Of a stretch of DNA of 64,000 nt, positions 25,616-34,109 are shown in pieces. The number at the start of each line of letters is the position of its first letter. The stretch's first letter is position 1. The DNA is from a virus. The position numbers were made by a program, and so were the translations under genes. The notes below the pieces were generated by a model that worked only from the letters and a program-made list of their open reading frames with translations, did not search any database and was not told the origin of the DNA. The stretch spans positions 1-64,000 of the IMG/VR virus record IMGVR_UViG_3300045988_162176. One strand, written 5' to 3'.

Positions 25616-26317
25616 ATGGCTAAGTCTGTTAACAACAAAAAGGAATTCACCATGTCTCGTGAGGAATACATTCAGCATCTCTCTATGAGAACGAATGAGA
25701 TTCACATGACTACTAAGAACTCCAAGACTGGTATGGGAGTCATTGATTTGGCAGTTCCGACTTGTTGTTGTCGTGAAGATGCGCCTTGTAAGAAGGGTGG
25801 TTGTTATTGTATGAAAGGTACTCAGACCTTAACCATCGTTCAAGCTTCGTATCTTCGCAATCTTCGCATTTATAATAGCGACCATGAAGATTTCTGGAAT
25901 CAGGTTGACTTTAAGCTCAAACATTCTGGTCTTAGTATGTGTCGTTTCTTTGATTGTGGCGACATTCCTGATTACGATTTCTTCGACGGAATGGTTAACA
26001 TTGCTTTGAAGAATCCCAAGATTAAGTTTATGGCATTTACGAAGAAGTATTTTATCGTGAATGAATGGCTTTCTGAAAATGAAAAGCTTCCTAAAAACTT
26101 AAACGTTATCTTCTCTGCATGGGATAAGGATTGGGTTGTTCCTAATCCGTATAATCTTCCTGTGGCTTATGTTGATTTCAAGGATAAGTCCAAGAACCCT
26201 GAGTTCCCTAAGAATTATTCTACTTGTCCTAATCAGCATGATAAAACTGTTACTTGCACAGTTTGCCAGAAATGTTGGAATAAAAAGGTGAAAACCGTTG
26301 TGTTTAAGCAGCATTGA
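25616..26317 (+). CDS. hypothetical Cys-rich protein (233 aa)
   Basis: Leader TTTGAAAGGAAG; CCCREDAPCKKGGCYC and TCTVCQKCW clusters. Family not recognised with confidence. Confidence 0.7.
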   Translation: MAKSVNNKKEFTMSREEYIQHLSMRTNEIHMTTKNSKTGMGVIDLAVPTCCCREDAPCKKGGCYCMKGTQTLTIVQASYLRNLRIYNSDHEDFWNQVDFKLKHSGLSMCRFFDCGDIPDYDFFDGMVNIALKNPKIKFMAFTKKYFIVNEWLSENEKLPKNLNVIFSAWDKDWVVPNPYNLPVAYVDFKDKSKNPEFPKNYSTCPNQHDKTVTCTVCQKCWNKKVKTVVFKQH

Positions 26318-26341
26318 TGTTATAATAAGAAAGGAGGTGAT

Positions 26342-26947
26342 ATGATGTTGTATGCTTTATTTGCATTCTTCGTGGGTCTGTTAGGTACAGCAATTTTCAA
26401 TAAAGGTTTGTTCGGAAGTGCTTTGTCTACTATTGTCGTTTTTCTTTTAGCAATTCCCGTTGTTCTTGCAATTGGTGGAGCAATCCACGAAAGTAAAGAA
26501 GAAGAACAAAAACAACAAGCAGAGTACGAACGAAAACAGAGAGTTAAACGTGGTCATCTTGAGGATGATTTGACTCCTAAACAAAGAATCCTTTGGAATT
26601 CTCTCCATAAGTATCGTTATAGTGATGTCTTAACAGAGAACATTATTAACGAAACTAAAAGAGAACACGACCAAAAAATGTGGAGTTGGAGGTATAACAA
26701 AGAACTTAAAGAAAAATATTTCGCTTCTTATTGTAAAGCTAAGAGAGAAGGTGATTTACTAAAAGCTCAAGTTGACTACACTACATTTACGTATTATGAA
26801 CGTAATACAGATACAGAAGCTAAAGAGCTTCAGAAAATCGGACTTCTTGACAAGTATAGGAATTATACTTTTTGGGATAATTTTCCTGATAATTGGAAGT
26901 TGTCTGATGAAGAGTTAGAGGCATTAGATTATGAGGATGAAGACTGA
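26342..26947 (+). CDS. hypothetical membrane protein (201 aa)
   Basis: SD AAAGGAGGTG; two N-terminal hydrophobic segments, charged C-terminal part. Confidence 0.7.
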   Translation: MMLYALFAFFVGLLGTAIFNKGLFGSALSTIVVFLLAIPVVLAIGGAIHESKEEEQKQQAEYERKQRVKRGHLEDDLTPKQRILWNSLHKYRYSDVLTENIINETKREHDQKMWSWRYNKELKEKYFASYCKAKREGDLLKAQVDYTTFTYYERNTDTEAKELQKIGLLDKYRNYTFWDNFPDNWKLSDEELEALDYEDED

Positions 26948-27081
26948 AAGGAGGTGATGTCCATGTAGATTCCTTAAAATCTAATGAAAGGAGGTGAAGC
27001 GTATAACTATCGAAGGTATTTTGCTTTGCTTCGAGATTGCAATTGCAATCCTGTGGCTCATTGGTAGAGCTAAATAAGATT

Positions 27082-27106
27082 GGGGAGAGAAATCTCCCCC
27101 TTTCTT
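27082..27106 (+). terminator. intrinsic terminator GGGGAGA-GAAA-TCTCCCC plus CTTTCTT
   Basis: 7-bp GC-rich stem, tetraloop, T-rich tail. Confidence 0.7.
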
Positions 27107-27151
27107 ACAAATCAATCTCAACAACTAAACTATTTATTTTAGAAAGGATTT

Positions 27152-27478
27152 ATGGTCATGAAAAAGAATCTTAACAACAACACTGCTCTTATCTCTTCTG
27201 CTGCTATCTTCGCTGAAGTTATGTCTGAAATGCTTGACTCTTATTTTGCAGAATGCATCTGTCATTTCAACAAGCTTTGTATGCGCAAGCGTAAGGATGA
27301 AACCACTCGTTATTTCTTTTCCATGAAGGAAGTGAATTATGTCAGAGATAATTTACAGAATCCTGATAGTGTCGTTGTTAGACCTTTATATGATAACGGC
27401 TCTATTTGGTGTTATGAAATGGATTATGCTCAGGTAACTAAAGAAAAGAGAGGAGGAAAGGTTGCCATCAATACCTAA
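27152..27478 (+). CDS. hypothetical protein (108 aa), paralog of 4453-4785
   Basis: SD GAAAGGA; shared DNGSIWC motif. Confidence 0.7.
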   Translation: MVMKKNLNNNTALISSAAIFAEVMSEMLDSYFAECICHFNKLCMRKRKDETTRYFFSMKEVNYVRDNLQNPDSVVVRPLYDNGSIWCYEMDYAQVTKEKRGGKVAINT

Positions 27479-27511
27479 GTATAATCAAAATTAAAGAAAG
27501 GTTGTGATACT

Positions 27512-27961
27512 TTGGGTTATTTTGCAATTGGTCTTCCTATTGCAATCCTGATTCGTCTGTTTGCAGGAGTTCCTTTGTTTTGGTTTATTGTAATTCCTAT
27601 TACAATTCTCACATTCATTGGAATTGCTAAGATGGATGAAACTTCAATCTTAGCAGCAAGAAAGTTTAAGGATGGTAAATCTATTGACTCTTTAGCTATG
27701 GCTAAAAAGTATTACGAAGAATACCGTCGAAGGGATGAAAAATATGAATACAAGCACTTCTGTGAACAGCAAAAATATTTTTGGAAGAAAGTATGGAGGG
27801 AACGTCCAGTGACTCAGATTTATCTTAAAGATGGCACTGATATGTGGTGCGATTATGTAACTTGGAATGAACGGCTTCAGGAGATTCATCTTCGTAACAA
27901 TAATCGAGAAGAATATAAAATTGTACGTTATGAAGACATTGGTTCAATCCGTGTCGTATAA
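27512..27961 (+). CDS. hypothetical membrane protein (149 aa), TTG start
   Basis: AAAGAAAGG 9 nt upstream of TTG; two hydrophobic segments. Last gene of the plus block. Confidence 0.6.
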   Translation: MGYFAIGLPIAILIRLFAGVPLFWFIVIPITILTFIGIAKMDETSILAARKFKDGKSIDSLAMAKKYYEEYRRRDEKYEYKHFCEQQKYFWKKVWRERPVTQIYLKDGTDMWCDYVTWNERLQEIHLRNNNREEYKIVRYEDIGSIRVV

Positions 27962-27975
27962 GTGATGTCTTGGTA

Positions 27976-28291
27976 GGGAGGGTGGGTTAGACTTCTCAGT
28001 ACTTATAGTTACTCAGTGGCTATAAGTTAAGATTCTTACTCAGTGAGAATCTATCTCCCTTTTCATAGGGATTTTTTTTCCTTGTTTAAGGGGAGATTTT
28101 TCCCTGATTTCCAAGGGGGAGATTTTTTAGGTTCCCCACCACCACCCCAGAAAATTAAAAATCAGTAATCGAAAAGAGAAACGCCTTCTTTTCAATAAAC
28201 CACAAACAAGTGGCAAAACTTTTTCAGGTTCGTCGGATGCGAAGGTCCCACTATGTTTCTCTCTCACTTTAATCTCCCAACCCACCCACCC
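27976..28291. other. structured non-coding module bounded by a 13-nt imperfect inverted repeat
   Basis: GGGAGGGTGGGTT (27976-27988) versus AACCCACCCACCC (28279-28291), 12 of 13 complementary. Contains hairpins 28001-28027 and 28031-28051, G-run/T-run repeats, and a minus-strand GGGTGGGTGGGTTGGG tract at 28276-28291. Confidence 0.6.
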
Positions 28292-28584
28292 TTTTTAAAG
28301 TGCAACGGGGGGGAAGTCTTTTTAAAACACCAAAGGGAAATCTTTTTCCCGCTTCGCTTCTCACAACTCTTCTCAAGGAATATTCAGCAATTCAATCACC
28401 CATTTTCACCTCTTATATTCCACTCACCATTTCATTATAAACAATTCTTTATAAATTTCATCTCAGAATCAATTTCAACTTCAACCCATCAAATTACACT
28501 CCCTAATCCCTACCTTTCAAAATTGGAACTCAAATATAGATAATTTATTTATAAGTTATCTATCTTATATCCTCTCTCACCCAT

Positions 28585-28621
28585 AAAACAAAAAAGACCC
28601 AACTTATAAAAGTCAGGTCTT
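28585..28621 (-). terminator. intrinsic terminator for the 29383-28636 operon
   Basis: Minus-sense AAGACC...GGTCTT stem followed by TTTTTGTTT. Confidence 0.6.
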
Positions 28622-28635
28622 CTTATAATTACTCT

Positions 28636-28935
28636 TTATTCCTTATTTCCCCATCTTGAAGCAGCAATTCTCTTACCACGTTCTACCATAGCTTCTCTCT
28701 GTTCCTCTGTCAAATTACGACTCTTAGGAGGTCTAGGATTTCTCATCCACTTAGCAGGAATCTTAATAGTCAGGCATCTGTTCTGCCCATCACTATCACT
28801 GTAGTCAGATACAATGCTTACTTCATCAGGATAATTCTTGAGATATTCTTCCATAGTTCTAATCACAGTAAAATAATCAGAACTCCATACAACAGTATCT
28901 TCACCATGAATGAAATCAATATTAGTTTCAGCCAT
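28636..28935 (-). CDS. hypothetical protein (99 aa)
   Basis: SD AAAGGAGG upstream of ATG; overlaps the upstream gene end by 8 nt. Confidence 0.7.
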   Translation of the reverse strand: MAETNIDFIHGEDTVVWSSDYFTVIRTMEEYLKNYPDEVSIVSDYSDSDGQNRCLTIKIPAKWMRNPRPPKSRNLTEEQREAMVERGKRIAASRWGNKE

Positions 28936-29383
28936 TAGAATTATCCTCCTTTGAATTTTTGTTTGGATTATTTAAATTCTCATCATAGTTCTTAGCCATA
29001 TATTCTGGCTTGTAGTATGATTTAACTTCTGCTCCATGCTTAATGAGCCATTTATTAATAACTTCACCTAAATCAGAAGCGCACCTACTACAAATGTAAG
29101 GTTGCATTTCCTCTACAGCAAAGTGATAAGGCGCAAGTGTTGTAAGCAAAGATAGATTTAATCTGCGCCCTGAATAAATAGGTTCTTTGCAACATACGCA
29201 TCGAGGTGTGTCATCCTTCTTTGGTCTACCTTTATTTACAGTACCTACTTCTACTCCCATTTCATTAACATCTTTTGTCTTAGTAGTCCCACTAGAGACT
29301 TCCTTTACAACATCCCCACTAGAGTTTGTTGTGACAGTATCGGTAACAGGTAAAGGATTTTTCCTCGGTCTACCTCTCGGCAT
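28928..29383 (-). CDS. AT-hook DNA-binding protein with zinc-ribbon-like Cys pairs (151 aa)
   Basis: Start moved to ATG 29383 after AGAGAGG; PRGRPRKNP and KGRPKK AT-hook motifs; CVCC...CSRC. Confidence 0.65.
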   Translation of the reverse strand: MPRGRPRKNPLPVTDTVTTNSSGDVVKEVSSGTTKTKDVNEMGVEVGTVNKGRPKKDDTPRCVCCKEPIYSGRRLNLSLLTTLAPYHFAVEEMQPYICSRCASDLGEVINKWLIKHGAEVKSYYKPEYMAKNYDENLNNPNKNSKEDNSNG

Positions 29384-29419
29384 TGTATGCACCTCTCTTT
29401 ACATCTCTTTACATTAATT

Positions 29420-29448
29420 ATTATAACAAAATGCCTGTAGCTTGTCAA
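29420..29448 (-). promoter_or_regulatory. promoter TTGACA-N17-TATAAT with TGT
   Basis: -35 at 29443-29448, -10 at 29420-29425 on the minus strand, upstream of 28928-29383. Confidence 0.7.
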
Positions 29449-29877
29449 GAGTTTAATAACTTTTCTTGACTTGCTACAGACATTGGGCAACTTTAGTTGC
29501 TGTGGATTTCTTTAGGTTGTATAAAGCATACTTGAGCAATAGATATACAACTAAACAAAATTATGGATTAATTATATATTAATTACTTATAAATTTCGTT
29601 CTGTTTTTTGTTGCATCATCATTTAGGTAAAAGTATACTACTAATTTTTAGTAGCTTTGTACTTTTGTAATGTAATGTATTTATTATAATTAAATTGTTT
29701 TCTGTTTTTTTGCTTTATTTGTTATTTCTTTTTAATTTAATTATAATTATAATTACTTTTCAGCCTGAATTTAATTTAGCATTCCAAAGGTTAAATTATA
29801 CTCAGACCGTACTCAAGTCCTAAGCTTGCTTACAAATAAATTATATTATTATAAATCTTTAACTTTATTAAAACCTA

Positions 29878-30834
29878 TTAACCTTCTCTGGTATAATTGA
29901 TTACAGGTTCATTCTTTAAAGCAAAGAATTTATGACCACCAATATAATTAGTAGTACTTCCATCTTCATTTACATAAGTAATAGGCTTTAAAGTCTTAGC
30001 ATTTTCATGCCATGTACCTTTACTATGTGCAGGAGCATAGAAGAATAATACAAAATCATCTGTAGGCATACTATAATTATCGAATATCTCTTTTACTGCT
30101 TGTCTACATTCATCAGCAGCATTTGTGTTGCCATAGGCTTTAAGACATTCTTTTTCAAATTCATCAATGTCCTTATATCCATCATAGGAGTATTGCTTTC
30201 TTACTTGTGAGGGGGACATATTATCTCGTAACATACCATTATAAACAGCCTGAGCCACGAGTTTTTTGCCCACAAAGGGCTGATTACCACTCTCACCAGC
30301 TACAATACTTTCTACTACATGACGTTCAGAATCAGTGAGATGAATTAAATATGCGTAGCGATAAGTTGAGGTTTTAGATTCTGTCTGCTCAGGTTCAGAA
30401 CTTTGGTTTTCAGAAGTTTGACCCTCGGAATACTGTACGCTCATGTCTGAAAAAATATAAACAGACTCATCATTATTGTTTTCAACCATCTTACTCATAT
30501 CCACATAAAAAATTCTATTAGGACTAATATTTCCAATATTATTTATGTCCCAATAATTTTCTTTTTGTGTTTGAAAGTTTTTAATGGCGATATAATGAGG
30601 AGAAGTTGTTTCAACTAAAGAAGAATTATCCTCTCCTGTTTTATTTAAGGCTTGAGCATACCCTACTACACTTACCACTAAACTGAATGTGAGACAAGTT
30701 GCAATCGCTTTATGAATACTTGTCTTAATTAGGGGGTGTGAATTTGTGAGCTGTGTCTCATGTGTGGGTGTATTTGTATTTGTGTTACTATGGTTAGGCT
30801 TGCTATATTTAATTGTATATTTCTTGTTTTTCAT
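29878..30834 (-). CDS. SleB-type cell wall hydrolase domain protein with N-terminal membrane anchor (318 aa)
   Basis: SD AAGGAAGGAAA; hydrophobic anchor ATCLTFSLVVSVVGYA. ERHVVESIVAGESGNQPFVGKKLVAQAVYNGM resembles the Hydrolase_2/SleB signature (by eye). Confidence 0.6.
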   Translation of the reverse strand: MKNKKYTIKYSKPNHSNTNTNTPTHETQLTNSHPLIKTSIHKAIATCLTFSLVVSVVGYAQALNKTGEDNSSLVETTSPHYIAIKNFQTQKENYWDINNIGNISPNRIFYVDMSKMVENNNDESVYIFSDMSVQYSEGQTSENQSSEPEQTESKTSTYRYAYLIHLTDSERHVVESIVAGESGNQPFVGKKLVAQAVYNGMLRDNMSPSQVRKQYSYDGYKDIDEFEKECLKAYGNTNAADECRQAVKEIFDNYSMPTDDFVLFFYAPAHSKGTWHENAKTLKPITYVNEDGSTTNYIGGHKFFALKNEPVINYTREG

Positions 30835-30960
30835 TTATCGTTTCCTTCCTTAAGTCTATATGATGGGCAAGGCTAACTTACGGATGGTTAGCTTACACAC
30901 CCTTAATGCTTAGGTCGTTGGCAATAATGTTTATTACCTACTTTATACAACCATGAGAGT

Positions 30961-30989
30961 ATTATAACATAGGAAGAAGATGTTGTCAA
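30961..30989 (-). promoter_or_regulatory. promoter TTGACA-N17-TATAAT with TGT
   Basis: -35 at 30984-30989, -10 at 30961-30966 on the minus strand, upstream of 29878-30834. Confidence 0.7.
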
Positions 30990-31223
30990 GAAGTTAATGA
31001 AATTTTGGTTACAGATTGTTACTTTTTGGACATTGAAGTGGGCATTGAAGTGAAAAATGCTAATTTTTGAGTATTTAGGGGTGGTTTGTTTGGATTATGA
31101 ACAAATTATGAATTTTTTGTAAATTTTTTTGAAAAAAAGATTGTGTTTGTGCCTACCTCTCTTTACCTAAAAGAGCACCAGAATGGGAAAATGGGCAAAA
31201 TTGGCCTTCGGTACGTCAGGGCT

Positions 31224-31291
31224 AATGTACCAAATATTCCAAGAATGTTCCAAACATTCCATTAAATGTACTAAATGTACCATAACGTTCC
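31224..31291. repeat. phased array of 7 AAyrTwCy octamers (about 10-bp period)
   Basis: AATGTACC 31224, AATATTCC 31233, AATGTTCC 31244, AACATTCC 31253, AATGTACT 31265, AATGTACC 31274, AACGTTCC 31284. Confidence 0.7.
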
Positions 31292-31625
31292 AGATTACGT
31301 TTTTTCTCAAACAAAATTATCGTTTAACAATAATTCACTCTCAAACTTTACAATTTTCTTGTAATTCATTCAAACTTTAACAACAATCTTGTTATCTATA
31401 TTTTATCTATATCTATCCTATATCGACTACCGATATACTCTCAATTTTCCCCATACAATTCAAGCCTTAATTCCATTTCACCTCTCAAAACCTCCCCAAA
31501 AACTTTACACAACTGTCCAATATCTGCACACCCTATCCAAAATGTACCTTCTTACGTTTTTCTCCATATTTTTCCTACCAAAAACAAAAATCAATACTTG
31601 AACTTTTCAAATACCCCTTATTCAT

Positions 31626-32123
31626 TTACCAGTACACAACCTGTTCAGGGTTAGTACAATTTTTCATAAACTCATTAAACTCATATTTACTAATTAAACC
31701 AAATCTATGCCATGTATTCATTCCAACTGTTCCAGTCATCGGCATAGTTACTTTTTCAGCGTCTTCCTTAGTTTTATAAGTAAAAACAAAATCATTCATA
31801 ATATGTTCAGAAAAACAATTAGAACAAACAAACCAATCCTTATAAATATAAAAAGTATTACAACCACAAGCGCACCTATAAGTAATCCACTTGTTAACAG
31901 TCATCTTATAATACTTAAGTTTTCCTGTCAATAAATTTCTAATGTTATTTCTCCAAGTATTATCACAACCACCATACATATCACAGTACTCATGATGCCC
32001 ATAACAAGAAGACTGTTGATTATCAGTAAAAATAACTACATATAAATTATTTTCATCAAAAGCACTTTCAAGATTTTTCTCAAACTGTTCTTTTTTATGT
32101 TTAATATACTCTTTCTTATTCAT
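31626..32123 (-). CDS. hypothetical Cys-rich protein (165 aa)
   Basis: ORF track; weak SD GAGAG; several CxxC-like pairs. Confidence 0.6.
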   Translation of the reverse strand: MNKKEYIKHKKEQFEKNLESAFDENNLYVVIFTDNQQSSCYGHHEYCDMYGGCDNTWRNNIRNLLTGKLKYYKMTVNKWITYRCACGCNTFYIYKDWFVCSNCFSEHIMNDFVFTYKTKEDAEKVTMPMTGTVGMNTWHRFGLISKYEFNEFMKNCTNPEQVVYW

Positions 32124-32136
32124 TTATATTTATCTC

Positions 32137-32199
32137 TCACATTCCAGCCGCAATAGCCAAAGCCAACACACAACAAAAAATAATACCAATAATAACCAT
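32137..32199 (-). CDS. possible 20-aa hydrophobic peptide MVIIGIIFCCVLALAIAAGM
   Basis: AGGAG 9 nt upstream of ATG 32199; fills the gap between two genes. Very short, so uncertain. Confidence 0.35.
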   Translation of the reverse strand: MVIIGIIFCCVLALAIAAGM

Positions 32200-32212
32200 A
32201 TTAATATTCTCC

Positions 32213-32728
32213 TCATATAGTAAGCTTTTCCAACTTAAAACCACTCTCAGTAACCAAAGGAACAGACAAACCATTACACAAAGTATACAAGCAAGAGATA
32301 ACAGCATAAGTACTATCAAGAAAAAATCCATCACTACAAACCTGAATAAGAGAAGTAAACTTAGACAAAGGAAGAGATTCAAACAACTCAGCCAGAGCTT
32401 TCATAGTCCAACCATTCTTATTATCAACTGCATCTTGAACAGTCTGCATAAAATTCAAAAAAGTAACGCCAGTAGTAAAAGTAACACTACTATCTTGACT
32501 ATACTTATAACCTCTATAAACAACATTGTCTACACGATTACAAAACTCAACAACCTTACTCAAATTACCGCGCTCAAGAGCAAGCAAATCAAAAGGAGCA
32601 TTTTCACAAGAATACTCCCAAGTCATATCAATAGCCAAATTATCAACAATCAAGTGATGTTCACTATCTTCTTCGGTATAATAATTAAGATAAAGGATAT
32701 CCTGAAAATTATAAACACGTTCAGACAT
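32213..32728 (-). CDS. hypothetical protein (171 aa), paralog of 32731-33246
   Basis: SD GGGGAG; C-terminal ...YAVISCLYTLCN...GFK motif shared with the neighbour. Confidence 0.7.
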   Translation of the reverse strand: MSERVYNFQDILYLNYYTEEDSEHHLIVDNLAIDMTWEYSCENAPFDLLALERGNLSKVVEFCNRVDNVVYRGYKYSQDSSVTFTTGVTFLNFMQTVQDAVDNKNGWTMKALAELFESLPLSKFTSLIQVCSDGFFLDSTYAVISCLYTLCNGLSVPLVTESGFKLEKLTI

Positions 32729-32730
32729 TT

Positions 32731-33246
32731 TTAATTCTCCCCTGTCATATTAATAAACTTAAACCCTGCATCTGCCAATGTAGCAAAGTTAGGATTCTTA
32801 CACATAAGATACAAAGCTGAAATAACAGCATACTCATCATTGATATCATCACTGTTATCAATCATAAGTTTAGCAAACTTAAACAAAGGTTGCTTCTTAA
32901 AGACTCTCAAGAAACTATCCCAATCAACGCGCGAGCGTTGCTCGCAATCATAGTCATAAACACCGATTTTCTTATTGAAATTACTAATAAAATGTTCAAT
33001 ATAGCAACCAGAGTTATAACCAAAGATATCATTAGGATGTAACTTAAGAATAATACTGACAATATTATTTTCAAGGTCTTCTTTATTATCAGTGGTACGC
33101 TTTGTATAATCAATAGGATAGTCATTAGAATTCTTAAAAGGAGAGTTATTTTGAAGATAATCATCAGAAAGAGAAAGATATAAACAATCATTATTACTAT
33201 GATAAGCAATATCAATCATATCTTTAAATTTAAAACAAGTAATCAT
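32731..33246 (-). CDS. hypothetical protein (171 aa), paralog of 32213-32728
   Basis: SD AAGGAG; carries GC-rich element copy A1. Confidence 0.7.
   Translation of the reverse strand: MITCFKFKDMIDIAYHSNNDCLYLSLSDDYLQNNSPFKNSNDYPIDYTKRTTDNKEDLENNIVSIILKLHPNDIFGYNSGCYIEHFISNFNKKIGVYDYDCEQRSRVDWDSFLRVFKKQPLFKFAKLMIDNSDDINDEYAVISALYLMCKNPNFATLADAGFKFINMTGEN
32926..32945. repeat. GC-rich dual-hairpin element, copy A1 (AACGCGCGAGCGTTGCTCGC)
   Basis: 27 nt including flanks identical to 34448-34474. Two overlapping hairpins: AACGC-GCGA-GCGTT and GCGAGC-GTT-GCTCGC. Confidence 0.8.
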
Positions 33247-33261
33247 AATTTAATTTGCTCC

Positions 33262-33780
33262 TTATTTTTTAGAGTTATATTCCTCTTCTAACTTCTTAGC
33301 CTTAGCTTTATCTTTGTCTGTAACCATACCATCAACAAATTTAATGTTTACCTTTTTAACTTCCTTAGTCTTATTCATATCACGAATTAGCGCGGGAGCG
33401 CTGCTCCTAATACCAGTTAATTCTTCAAGGTAAACATTTTCAACAGGCTTAACAATTTCAATACTACATCTATAAAAATTATAATTCTTTTCCATAATTT
33501 CAATAACTTCATCAACAAGTTCAGAAATATTCAAAGGAGAAGAATTACCATCATAAATAGCAGATTTAGCAAAAGAGTCAAACTGGTTTTTCAAAAGATA
33601 ATCAAAAGTATCGAATACATCTTGAAGTTCATACTCCATAATACTAGTACTTAACATCATATCATCACAAGGAGTAAAAGCTACGATACAAGGAGCGACC
33701 TCATTAGTATTCTCATAGATAGAATGAATAGTACGAAATACAGTATAAGTACCAAACGTATGAGTAAGAATAGAACCCAT
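33262..33780 (-). CDS. hypothetical protein (172 aa)
   Basis: SD AAAGGAAG; carries GC-rich element copy C. Confidence 0.7.
   Translation of the reverse strand: MGSILTHTFGTYTVFRTIHSIYENTNEVAPCIVAFTPCDDMMLSTSIMEYELQDVFDTFDYLLKNQFDSFAKSAIYDGNSSPLNISELVDEVIEIMEKNYNFYRCSIEIVKPVENVYLEELTGIRSSAPALIRDMNKTKEVKKVNIKFVDGMVTDKDKAKAKKLEEEYNSKK
33389..33408. repeat. GC-rich dual-hairpin element, copy C (AGCGCGGGAGCGCTGCTCCT)
   Basis: Same layout as copies A1/A2, with paired changes that keep both stems. Confidence 0.75.
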
Positions 33781-33800
33781 AATTACACTTCCTTTATTTT

Positions 33801-34109
33801 TTAATTAAGCACATTATTAAGAAATCTCTTAGCATCTCTCTGAAAAGAATTCATAAAAGAATTCATATTATTATTAGAAATAAGTGTATAACAAGCAGTA
33901 GAATTATTTCCAATAATATAGTGAACTCTTTTATTTCTATTGAAATAGATAAAAAAGTTATATGCTCTATAAAAGATACCATCTTCCTCATCCCATTCAG
34001 CAGCGTAAACAGCAAATAGAATGATATCATTCTTTTTTGCTTTAAGGTACTTAATCTGGAACTTATTATTTTTATACTTAGCAGAGGTATTAAGTTTAAT
34101 ATTTCTCAT
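33801..34109 (-). CDS. hypothetical protein (102 aa), paralog of the 34109-34534 core
   Basis: SD GAGGAG; TAATG overlap; FMNSFQRDAKRFLNN aligns with FMKCFNENAYYFLKR of the neighbour. Confidence 0.7.
   Translation of the reverse strand: MRNIKLNTSAKYKNNKFQIKYLKAKKNDIILFAVYAAEWDEEDGIFYRAYNFFIYFNRNKRVHYIIGNNSTACYTLISNNNMNSFMNSFQRDAKRFLNNVLN

Noticed and set aside
28253-31601. Track ORFs in the G-depleted non-coding regions (28253-28543, 31183-31380, 31389-31601)
   Set aside because: They have no SD and give low-complexity translations. The open frames are an expected by-product of stretches lacking G, because few stop codons can form.
32907-33215. 102-aa alternative-frame ORF that also translates the GC-rich element as IASNARALI
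   Set aside because: The rest of the translation is low-complexity Ile/Leu-rich sequence without a start signal. The shared peptide simply reflects the identical 27-nt element.
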